Positions 39,192 through 46,665 of a stretch of 64,000 nt of DNA are shown piece after piece. Source of the stretch: a virus. The first letter of the stretch is position 1; the number at the start of each line of letters is the position of its first letter. The notes below the pieces were generated by a model. That model was given only the letters and a program-made list of their open reading frames with translations. It did no database searches and was not told where the DNA came from. The DNA lies in the IMG/VR virus record IMGVR_UViG_3300025646_000032, positions 6,029 through 70,028 of that record; one strand, given 5' to 3'. The translations under genes were made by a program, and so were the position numbers.

Positions 39192-40109
39192 TTAGTCGTC
39201 GGATGCAAGTTTGGCAAAGTAGGATAGTGTATCCTCTTCGTCGTCACTCTCCACAACAGGTGTTACAGGTGCCTTAGGGGCAGTAGTAACAGACTTTAGA
39301 AAAGCCTCATCTTCTGCAGCGTCTTTGGCAGATACTGCTTCTGCTGTACCTACATTAGAACTGCTAGCACCAAGTACCATATTGAGCTTAGACTTTAACT
39401 CGTCATAAGACTTAAAGTTCTTAGGATCAATTAGTTCTTGTAATGAGTGCTGTTGATTCCAAATAGCCTCAATAGCTTCATCGGTATCAGCAACAGGTGA
39501 TGGTGCTTCAAACTCTGACTTGTCATAGTTACGATAACCTTCCACTTGACGAATCTTAATCTTAAAGTTTGCACCTTCCCAAAAATCAAATGGGTTGATT
39601 GGATTCTCATCTTCAAATGTAGGGTTCATCATATCATTGAGCTTGTCAAAGATCTTTTTACCGTACTTGTAAAGGAAAACTTTTCCTTCATTAGCAGGGT
39701 TACCTGGATCACTTACAACCAAGATGTTTGAGAAGTAAGCAAGTCGACGCTTCTGTTTACGAGCAATCTCCTTGTTAGCCTCAACACCACTGTTCCAAAG
39801 CTCACTATTGAGTTCGGATACAGGATCACTTTGGTTTAGTGTAGTGAGAGAGTTTTCGATGTACCACTTTCCAGTAGGACCTTGGAATCCGTGATCCCAC
39901 CTACGCACCCAAGGAAATTCCTCTCCTTTAGTTGGGGGTAAGAAACGAACTACGGCAAAACCATTACCGGCTTTGTCTACTGTGGGTTTCCATTCTCGAT
40001 CATCGCCCTGCGATTGCTGGACGGGGTTAGAAATCTTCTCAACCTCTTTCATTAGCTTATCAAAGCCGCCGCGAGATTTACGAAGATCAGATAGTGAATT
40101 AAACGACAT
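39192..40109 (-). CDS. gp32: Single-stranded DNA-binding protein gp32
   Basis: DDREWKP..DKAGNG.AV.RFLP, HGFQGPTGKWYIENSLTT, PFDFWEGANFK, acidic tail. Confidence 0.95.
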   Translation of the reverse strand: MSFNSLSDLRKSRGGFDKLMKEVEKISNPVQQSQGDDREWKPTVDKAGNGFAVVRFLPPTKGEEFPWVRRWDHGFQGPTGKWYIENSLTTLNQSDPVSELNSELWNSGVEANKEIARKQKRRLAYFSNILVVSDPGNPANEGKVFLYKYGKKIFDKLNDMMNPTFEDENPINPFDFWEGANFKIKIRQVEGYRNYDKSEFEAPSPVADTDEAIEAIWNQQHSLQELIDPKNFKSYDELKSKLNMVLGASSSNVGTAEAVSAKDAAEDEAFLKSVTTAPKAPVTPVVESDDEEDTLSYFAKLASDD

Positions 40110-40135
40110 ATTTTTTCTCCTTATATAGCGTTATA

Positions 40136-40324
40136 TTACGTTTTATTACGTTCTTCATAGTAAAGTTGATCTAGCATTTCATCTAGATCGTCATCATGTT
40201 CACCACTATGTGATGAGTCATAATTATATATGTTATTTATGATTTTGTCAAGCGATTTTTTACTTTTTTTAACAACTTTTTTAATTCTCTTATCGCGATC
40301 AAAATTGCGATTAGTTTTGGACAT
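40136..40324 (-). CDS. Small hypothetical protein
   Basis: 62 aa, basic N-half and acidic C-half, between gp59 and gp32. Confidence 0.55.
   Translation of the reverse strand: MSKTNRNFDRDKRIKKVVKKSKKSLDKIINNIYNYDSSHSGEHDDDLDEMLDQLYYEERNKT
40223..40251 (-). promoter_or_regulatory. Sigma70 promoter for gp32, with ATAAATA in the spacer
   Basis: TTGACA-17 nt-TATAAT. Confidence 0.7.
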
Positions 40325-40913
40325 TGCCGTACACCTTCTTCAAAGCGCTCTTGTGCTTGTTAAAAACTTTGTCCTTATCGAATTTAACAAACGGTTTATA
40401 TTTTTTAATTAATAAACAATAGTCTTGTAACACAAAATCCTCTTTATATCTATCTACAAAAGGTAACAATTTTTCTAAAATTACAACAGTCTCAATCTGT
40501 ATTTCTTTGGACATTAAAAGTTTAAAAACTAAAGGGTGTCCAGTATCGTATACTGCTGACTCTAATCTACGAATTTCTTGTTGAAGTAGAATAGTGTCTA
40601 AATCAGTTTGTAAAGTATACAACAACCTTTGCCGTTTTGTCAACCAGAAATTGTATGTTTCTGTAGCTTCTGTATCAAATATACCGCCCCATTGATTACC
40701 GCTTACAAAGTTAGCTACTAGAAAGTCTATGATTTCATTCTTAGTATAGTCTCTAGCTAGTTTACGCATAGCAATAAGATCTTTTCTTTTTAAGAATGTT
40801 TCTCGTTTACCTTTTACTGCACCTTTATACTTGGTAATGTCATAATCAGGTGTTGTAAAGTGTAATCGTAAAGAAAGATACAGCCTGTAAACGTCAAAAG
40901 GATCCATATTCAA
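40311..40913 (-). CDS. gp59: Helicase loader gp59
   Basis: FDVYRLYLSLRLHFT..YD..KY.G, FLVANF, KKYKPF. Confidence 0.9.
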   Translation of the reverse strand: MNMDPFDVYRLYLSLRLHFTTPDYDITKYKGAVKGKRETFLKRKDLIAMRKLARDYTKNEIIDFLVANFVSGNQWGGIFDTEATETYNFWLTKRQRLLYTLQTDLDTILLQQEIRRLESAVYDTGHPLVFKLLMSKEIQIETVVILEKLLPFVDRYKEDFVLQDYCLLIKKYKPFVKFDKDKVFNKHKSALKKVYGNVQN

Positions 40914-41185
40914 TCCAAAGGAAGTTCGTTGCTTTTTTTCTCCTTGAGCATATTCAAATTCAATGCTTCGTTTTTAATTTTCTCTTTCAATGATGTGCTC
41001 AATAGTTTATTCACACTCTCAAGTTCAATTTCATTTCTTTCACAATAGTCAACTAAAACATCCATGTGACTAAGCTGTGTGCGTAATACTTGTTTCTCAA
41101 TATGTTGAGAAAATTCTGTTGATGTATTAAATTTTTTTGTGATGAGAAAAATATCTGTTACTTTCTCGTCTTTAACTAATTCCAT
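40910..41185 (-). CDS. gp33: Late transcription co-activator gp33
   Basis: FS..IE, MD.LV.YCE.N.IE.ESV.KLLS.SLKEKI..EA..LN. Confidence 0.9.
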   Translation of the reverse strand: MELVKDEKVTDIFLITKKFNTSTEFSQHIEKQVLRTQLSHMDVLVDYCERNEIELESVNKLLSTSLKEKIKNEALNLNMLKEKKSNELPLD

Positions 41186-42035
41186 TATGATTCCTTTTTA
41201 GCCAATCGGCAATATACTCATGCACATCAGAAGGACAATTGATATATGGTTTTATGCACTGCGTAACCTGTGCCTCACCCGGTTTATCAAAAGAGTAAAT
41301 AATGTCAGTATTAAAATCTTCTGCTATTGACATAATACTCTGTGGCAGTCCTTTTCCTAAATGTACGTCTGAATGTTTTCTTTCATCGATCAATAACTGT
41401 AACAAGCCCTGGACAACATCATAAACATGAGTAAAGTCACGTTCTTTTTTTCCAGAACCAAAAACAGTTAAAGGACGACCATTTAAATAATCGGTTTTAA
41501 ATTTTCTAATTACAGTGCTATATTCTCCATAATTAGCTTCACGTGGTCCGTACACGTTATAGAAAAACAATTTAGTACAAAAGATACCATATTGTTCTTC
41601 AAACATACTAATCATATCTTCACATGCTTTTTTACTCCAAGTGTAAGGATTTTTTGATTCCTTGTATTGTGTACTTGAAGATGTAGCAAAGTAAAGTCTA
41701 CAATTAAAAATTCTCGCCCAATCACATACCGCCGCGGTTGTAGAAATGTTATTAGAGATTGTGTCGCCAGGATAATCAATCGAACGTCTTACTCTGGGAC
41801 TGTTTGCTAAATGAAAAATAGCATTTGGAGGCGGTATGTGATGTGTAAAGGGCGAGAATCTAGATACATCTTGAATAAAATACCTAACATTAGGATGCTG
41901 TATAACAAAGTCTCCGGCTCTTTTATCATCAATAACTGTAACAAAGAAGCCTTCGTATAACAAACGTTCTACAAGATGCGAGCCTATAAAGCCACATCCT
42001 CCAGTAACAATTATGTTAGGAATTGTATTAATCAT
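41172..42035 (-). CDS. NAD-dependent epimerase/dehydratase
   Basis: VTGGCGFIGSHL, YxxxK (YTWSK), NVYGP, RDFTHV. Confidence 0.9.
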   Translation of the reverse strand: MINTIPNIIVTGGCGFIGSHLVERLLYEGFFVTVIDDKRAGDFVIQHPNVRYFIQDVSRFSPFTHHIPPPNAIFHLANSPRVRRSIDYPGDTISNNISTTAAVCDWARIFNCRLYFATSSSTQYKESKNPYTWSKKACEDMISMFEEQYGIFCTKLFFYNVYGPREANYGEYSTVIRKFKTDYLNGRPLTVFGSGKKERDFTHVYDVVQGLLQLLIDERKHSDVHLGKGLPQSIMSIAEDFNTDIIYSFDKPGEAQVTQCIKPYINCPSDVHEYIADWLKRNHNGIS

Positions 42036-42042
42036 GTGTTAC

Positions 42043-42071
42043 ATTATACATTATACAAAAAGATTTGTCAA
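42043..42071 (-). promoter_or_regulatory. Consensus sigma70 promoter
   Basis: TTGACA-17 nt-TATAAT, ending 7 nt before ATG 42035. Confidence 0.75.
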
Positions 42072-42628
42072 TAGTTTTTTGTATAAAATTTGTGTACTCC
42101 GTGATATGCTACTAACTGCATATTACGGTTCCAATAAGGATTAACATAATTGGCATGATACCATAAAGCTCCATTTGTATTGTCTTCTAGTTCACCACTC
42201 ATTGCGTCGTGAGCAATACTAACGAACTCTCTATAACGACTCCAATCTTTAATAACATCGGATTTACCATCGCAGTACCAAGAAAATTGACATTGGTTTC
42301 GTAAAGGAATAACCTTACCGCGTTCTAAACCCCACTTGCTTAAACGTGCCTGGTAAACAACCTCGCATGGTGTGTTAGGATATTTACTAGATTTTGCACG
42401 ATTTAAGACAACATGAGCTATAGCAATTTGTCCCTCTAGGGGCTCTCCACTAGCCTCAAAATAAATGTTTTTAGCAATACAAGACACTTGACGCGGGTCT
42501 TGTACTTCTTGTATTGCTTCGATATTAGGTGCTGCTTCAATAGTTTTTGCACTAACTGGCTCTTCATCTAGAGCATTGCAACCACCTAGGATTAGTATTC
42601 CGCATAACGATAAAAATACATTACGCAT
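42068..42628 (-). CDS. SleB/Hydrolase_2 cell wall hydrolase, possible lipoprotein
   Basis: CIAKNIYFEA.GE, VVLNR, CQFSWYCDG, YHANYV.P.W; N-terminal LGGC lipobox-like. Confidence 0.9.
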   Translation of the reverse strand: MRNVFLSLCGILILGGCNALDEEPVSAKTIEAAPNIEAIQEVQDPRQVSCIAKNIYFEASGEPLEGQIAIAHVVLNRAKSSKYPNTPCEVVYQARLSKWGLERGKVIPLRNQCQFSWYCDGKSDVIKDWSRYREFVSIAHDAMSGELEDNTNGALWYHANYVNPYWNRNMQLVAYHGVHKFYTKNY

Positions 42629-42648
42629 ATTTTTCTCCTTTAATACAA

Positions 42649-42960
42649 GGGCCCGTTTGATAACAAGGTGGAACCCATACCCCGTCTAGCTTAAGCAGCT
42701 AGAGCAAATACCTCATCGTTGGCATTTATTTGTTTTGTTGCTTTCACAGTAGCTTCCGCACTGGTCCTCCACTTTCCTACTTATTACCTGTCGAACCTGT
42801 TCACCCCCATCAGATATGCACTTACCGCAATTTGTTCCAATCAGATGATACCTATCAGTATCGTTTTCTCTTACATTGTTACAAATACACAAATACATAT
42901 CTGGTGGAGGTGGCGGGAATCGCACCCGCGTCCAAGTAACCTTTCAGTCCGTTTCATCGA
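42649..42960 (-). ncRNA. ssrA: Circularly permuted (two-piece) tmRNA; tag (A)ANDEVFALAA
   Basis: Acceptor piece ending GACGCGGGTGCGATTCCCGCCACCTCCACCA (3' end 42902) precedes the coding piece starting GGGGGTGAACAGGTTCGAC (42808); 7-bp acceptor stem with G3.U70; tag frame 42723-42691. Confidence 0.9.
42713..42898 (-). CDS. Bfd-like Cys-rich mini-protein nested in the tmRNA gene
   Basis: MYLCICNNV...GTNCGKC resembles the Bfd MYVCLC..CGKC ends; no Shine-Dalgarno. Confidence 0.45.
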   Translation of the reverse strand: MYLCICNNVRENDTDRYHLIGTNCGKCISDGGEQVRQVISRKVEDQCGSYCESNKTNKCQR

Positions 42961-43038
42961 ACAAGGTATTTATAATAACACCTTTTGTTTAATATTAAAC
43001 AAGGTATTTATAATAACACCTTTTGTTTAATTTGTCAA
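42960..43038 (-). promoter_or_regulatory. Composite tmRNA promoter: TTGACA-17-TATTAT overlapping TATAAATA, in a 34-bp direct repeat
   Basis: Repeat copies at 42960-42993 and 42998-43031, each containing TATAAATA. Confidence 0.7.
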
Positions 43039-43040
43039 GC

Positions 43041-44063
43041 CTAAATTGCTATTTTTTGGCCTTCGTTGTATTCTTGTAATCTTTGCTGATCCACTAAACT
43101 AATAAACTCAGCGCCTGTCATTACTTTTCCATTTACTGTATAACTATCCCAATGTCCATGATTAGGATACAGTTTGTTCATATAAGAAACACTTCTCCAC
43201 ATCTTTCTCATATTACCATCTTTAATGTTGGTTGGACGTGCATGTAATGTAATATTTTGATCCATATACACAACCTGTCCGTCTTGCCAATCATGTTCGT
43301 ATATGTATTCGGGTTTATTTATTTGTTCCCAGAGATGCTCTTTAAATTTTAAACTGTCATACTCTGTCATACCCTCGAAGTGAGAAAACAACGAGCCAGG
43401 AAAATGAATACCTTTAACACCGGCTGATGTTTCTTGCTGTAACTTACAAGACATACCGTCTATTGGAACCTGATTGTAACGAACTAATGCTTTTTGTTCG
43501 TCAATTAAATCTCCAGTAAAGTTGACTCTATTCCACTTGTAAACACTACGAAGTTCATCTACCATTGTTTTGTCTTCTTGGCTCAGTTTGTCGTAAGCCT
43601 CGGCAGTACATAAGAAACAAGTTTGTGAATTTTCTGAATGTTCTACAGATACTAAACCAATTACTCGCGCGCCGTCATCAACAGCAACCTGATCACTATG
43701 CCAACCCAACGAGCCGTTGGCAAATAAACCTTTTGGGCGTCCTTTCTTACCTAGCTGATAGGTAACAACATTCATGGTGTCCCGATATTCGGGCTCAATC
43801 TCGCTTGAGACGTTGAAGATATCTAGTCGTAAACTGGACCAATGTTTACCCATGTTGCTAAGAGACACTGCTCGATTAACAATAGACTGTGCACCTTCGC
43901 CCCAACTATTTTGGACTTCCCAGGTTCTTTTTTGATTTAATTTTTGTTTAACTAGGACGACTGCTTTGTTTGCTACTAGTTTGCCCAAATCCTCGATGTG
44001 CTCATCAGAGTAAATGTCAAAGTCGTATGCTTCAGTTGCCCCGTTTAAGGATTTCGTTTTCAT
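43041..44063 (-). CDS. TauD/TfdA-family 2OG-Fe(II) dioxygenase
   Basis: WHSD, T.F....AY..L, H.W..G....DQ..TLHAR, R.M.R. Confidence 0.85.
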   Translation of the reverse strand: MKTKSLNGATEAYDFDIYSDEHIEDLGKLVANKAVVLVKQKLNQKRTWEVQNSWGEGAQSIVNRAVSLSNMGKHWSSLRLDIFNVSSEIEPEYRDTMNVVTYQLGKKGRPKGLFANGSLGWHSDQVAVDDGARVIGLVSVEHSENSQTCFLCTAEAYDKLSQEDKTMVDELRSVYKWNRVNFTGDLIDEQKALVRYNQVPIDGMSCKLQQETSAGVKGIHFPGSLFSHFEGMTEYDSLKFKEHLWEQINKPEYIYEHDWQDGQVVYMDQNITLHARPTNIKDGNMRKMWRSVSYMNKLYPNHGHWDSYTVNGKVMTGAEFISLVDQQRLQEYNEGQKIAI

Positions 44064-44700
44064 ATGCGTCCCGTGCTTCAAAAAGTTTTTCTACAAAGTT
44101 ATCTCTCTTTTGTAAAAACACTATGGGCTCTTCTCCTTCAACTGCCATTAAAATAACAGTTTGAGATACGGGTATGCCAGTAAGTTCCTCAAACATAATT
44201 GCGTAAGCGCTACATTGTATGAAGTAGTTCTCGCACTGTGAGGGTGTCTTTCTTCTCTTTGATGTTTTAAAATCAATAACAGATAACTTGCCATTATATT
44301 CTGCGATACAATCAACTTGTCCTGCAAGTCTTAAATGTTCACTATAGAGCTTTGTCTCCAATGCTCTAATATTATTTATATCGTCTAACAAAGGGCGAAA
44401 CTTACGAAACATTTCTTTGTCAATATAATTTAGATGAGTATCCTCTGTCAACTTATTGTCAAGAATGTCTTCACAAAGTTTGTGAATACGAGTACCACGT
44501 GTCGTGGCTTGTTTAGAAATTTTATCTGCTTCAGCCTCGCCAATACGTTGACGCCAGGCCTGAATAAATGGTTTAGATTTGTGAGATAAAATTGTAGTAA
44601 CAGAAGGCAAATGATCACCGGACGGAGTAACATACCTCCGTCCGTTTTCTGTATTTACTTGTTTGAGTTTAGGTACTTCTACTAGATTATGAATAAACAC
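44032..44700 (-). CDS. PD-(D/E)xK Cas4-like exonuclease of T4-like phages
   Basis: PSVTTIL, RGT.IH, AGQVDCIAEY, IDFKTS, YFIQC.AYA. Confidence 0.85.
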   Translation of the reverse strand: MFIHNLVEVPKLKQVNTENGRRYVTPSGDHLPSVTTILSHKSKPFIQAWRQRIGEAEADKISKQATTRGTRIHKLCEDILDNKLTEDTHLNYIDKEMFRKFRPLLDDINNIRALETKLYSEHLRLAGQVDCIAEYNGKLSVIDFKTSKRRKTPSQCENYFIQCSAYAIMFEELTGIPVSQTVILMAVEGEEPIVFLQKRDNFVEKLFEARDAYENEILKRGN

Positions 44701-44702
44701 TA

Positions 44703-45065
44703 TTAAATAAAAGTCCCATCTCTTGGAGTTCCTGCCATAACACCTGAACAGTAACCTGGTCCGTATTGTAGCCTACGGTTCATTTCAAAACCATCAAACA
44801 AGTTACCTCTAGCTTTGTTAAGAGCTGGACCTGCCCAACCCTGAGCTAAAAGTACATCGCCTTCTTTGAACTTCTCATGGGCTAAGTTAATAAAACCCCA
44901 AACAGATCTGGAACCAGGTTGGTCCTCTCTGATGATTTTAATAAACTTTCTACCAGCCTTGTAAGTACAATTAAAGCCGTCTGCTAAAGTTGGATAATCT
45001 TTGCAGTGTTGTTCTACAATATCCTGACAAAGTTTTTCTACTACTTCTTTAAGTTCTGTTCTCAT
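44703..45065 (-). CDS. Conserved hypothetical early phage protein
   Basis: GRKFIKI..SVWGFI..GDVL.A.GW..PALN.ARGN; early promoter upstream. Confidence 0.7.
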   Translation of the reverse strand: MRTELKEVVEKLCQDIVEQHCKDYPTLADGFNCTYKAGRKFIKIIREDQPGSRSVWGFINLAHEKFKEGDVLLAQGWAGPALNKARGNLFDGFEMNRRLQYGPGYCSGVMAGTPRDGTFI

Positions 45066-45096
45066 ATTTTCCTCACTTCTCATTGTTTATGCGTAC

Positions 45097-45125
45097 ATTA
45101 TAGCACCTATTTCAGCAAAAGTCAA
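45097..45125 (-). promoter_or_regulatory. Sigma70 promoter (extended -10)
   Basis: TTGACT-17 nt-TATAAT with TG. Confidence 0.75.
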
Positions 45126-45179
45126 GCCTTTTTTACAAAAAATAGTGAATTTCTTTTGTAAGAATATCAATAACTTACG

Positions 45180-45932
45180 TTAGGTGCCGTATTCATCCTC
45201 ATATTTTAGCCTTGCTTCAATGTATTCTTTAACAAGATCAGAACGTACAATATCGTCTGTTGTAAACTCAACAATTTTAAATGATTTCATATTTTCGGCG
45301 ATAACCATGAATTTTTGTAATCCTGACATATCATGTCTCTTATATAAGTCAGTTTGTCTAAAATCACCGCAAAAAATAACTTTAGTGTTTACACCAATTC
45401 GTGTCATTATAGAGTTTAATTCCATATCTGTCATATTCTGACATTCGTCTACAATAACAATAGAATTGTCTAATGTAATACCCCTAACAAAAGACGTACA
45501 CATAAAGTCCATATATTTTTGTTCAATTAAACGTTGATATGGCTTTTCTTTTCCTGGAAATAGTTCTTGGCACATTGCTTGATAAGGTAACGAATAAATT
45601 TCAATTTTATCCTTATCGTCACCTGGCAAGTGTCCAATTTCTCTTGATGGTACTGCTGAACGAACTAAGACCACTTTTCGGTAAGGTGTTCCTTTCATGA
45701 GAACTTCCTCTAATGCTCGATACAGCGCAATATATGTTTTACCTGTACCTGCACAACCGTGTAATAAAAATGCTAAGGCATTTTTTGATTTGTATTGAGC
45801 AAAAAACTGTCCTTGCATTTCAGTTATTGCATCAATTGTCACCATGTCCTCGATTCTCATTCTGAGAGAATTGCTTGCTCCTGGTGCTGCACCTTGAGTG
45901 TGTACTAAGTCTAGTGCTTTACGTTTTGCCAT
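45180..45932 (-). CDS. phoH: PhoH-family ATPase
   Basis: GCAGTGKT, VRSAVP..IGHLPG, SFVRGITL, IVDECQN, GDFRQTD, DIVRS. Confidence 0.95.
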   Translation of the reverse strand: MAKRKALDLVHTQGAAPGASNSLRMRIEDMVTIDAITEMQGQFFAQYKSKNALAFLLHGCAGTGKTYIALYRALEEVLMKGTPYRKVVLVRSAVPSREIGHLPGDDKDKIEIYSLPYQAMCQELFPGKEKPYQRLIEQKYMDFMCTSFVRGITLDNSIVIVDECQNMTDMELNSIMTRIGVNTKVIFCGDFRQTDLYKRHDMSGLQKFMVIAENMKSFKIVEFTTDDIVRSDLVKEYIEARLKYEDEYGT

Positions 45933-45960
45933 TTTGGTCTTTCTCCGTTTTTTAGATGAG

Positions 45961-45997
45961 AAAAGGGCAGAGTGCCTATTTGACATTCTGCCCTTTT
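45961..45997. terminator. Hairpin with T tracts on both strands, between the FmdB-like gene and phoH
   Basis: AAAAGGGCAGA ... TCTGCCCTTTT inverted repeat. Confidence 0.6.
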
Positions 45998-46021
45998 GTT
46001 GGTTTAGAAACTGCTGGATTT

Positions 46022-46342
46022 TTAGCTGTCAGTGCTAATATTTCCTATTTTCTTCTTTACTTTTTTAACGGCGTCTCGAATCTTAACCGACGTGGCGTCT
46101 TTCTTGCCCCATGTTTCTGCAAGCGCACTAGTAGGGTTACTTTGGGCAACCCTGGATAAAACATCTTTAAAGCCAGCTGGTGGTTTAGTTCGATCACCAG
46201 TTCCCTTCACTAAACTTGGAGCCCCTGTAATAATTGATTTAACATTAGGGTTTTCTTCCAAGTATTTGACCTTTTCATCCCACGACATAATTTTGTCATG
46301 TACTTCTCCGGTTTCGATGTTTTCAAAACTGTATATTGGCAT
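46022..46342 (-). CDS. FmdB-like small protein (T4-like phage type, lacking Cys)
   Basis: MPIYSF.N..TGE..D..MS ... GFKDVL pattern; upstream of phoH. Confidence 0.6.
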   Translation of the reverse strand: MPIYSFENIETGEVHDKIMSWDEKVKYLEENPNVKSIITGAPSLVKGTGDRTKPPAGFKDVLSRVAQSNPTSALAETWGKKDATSVKIRDAVKKVKKKIGNISTDS

Positions 46343-46345
46343 TAA

Positions 46346-46639
46346 TTATCCTACCTTCTCATCATATATTTCTTCAACGTGGTCTATAATATTATTTATG
46401 ATTCTTTTTCCTTTTAATGATAAGAAATCTGTGTGATACAAAGACATTAGGCATCTTCTTATAAACACAGGATCTAATTTTTTCATGTACTCTCTAGTAT
46501 ACTTAATTTCTCCAAATCCGTACATGTTTAAGGCTAGAAGAGCCATTTCGATTTCTTCTTCAGAATAGAAAGACATCCTGTACCCAAGTACTTTCTTGGG
46601 CTTACTTTTCCATCTTTTTAGGTTTATGACGTCTCCCAT
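46346..46639 (-). CDS. Hypothetical protein
   Basis: 97 aa ORF in operon. Confidence 0.6.
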   Translation of the reverse strand: MGDVINLKRWKSKPKKVLGYRMSFYSEEEIEMALLALNMYGFGEIKYTREYMKKLDPVFIRRCLMSLYHTDFLSLKGKRIINNIIDHVEEIYDEKVG

Positions 46640-46665
46640 ATCTTTATTTAGTTAAATTTAGTATT

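Noticed and set aside
42902-42932. tRNA fragment or attachment site
   Set aside because: Explained as the acceptor piece of the permuted tmRNA; no integrase nearby
42719-43030. Plus-strand ORFs across the tmRNA
   Set aside because: No RBS or recognisable motif; antisense to a well-supported RNA gene
44032-44700. CRISPR-Cas system suggested by the Cas4-like nuclease
   Set aside because: No array or other cas genes; this nuclease normally sits beside phoH in T4-like phages
45933-46021. Pho box upstream of phoH
   Set aside because: No CTGTCAT-type 11-bp-spaced repeat found here or upstream of the psiE operon
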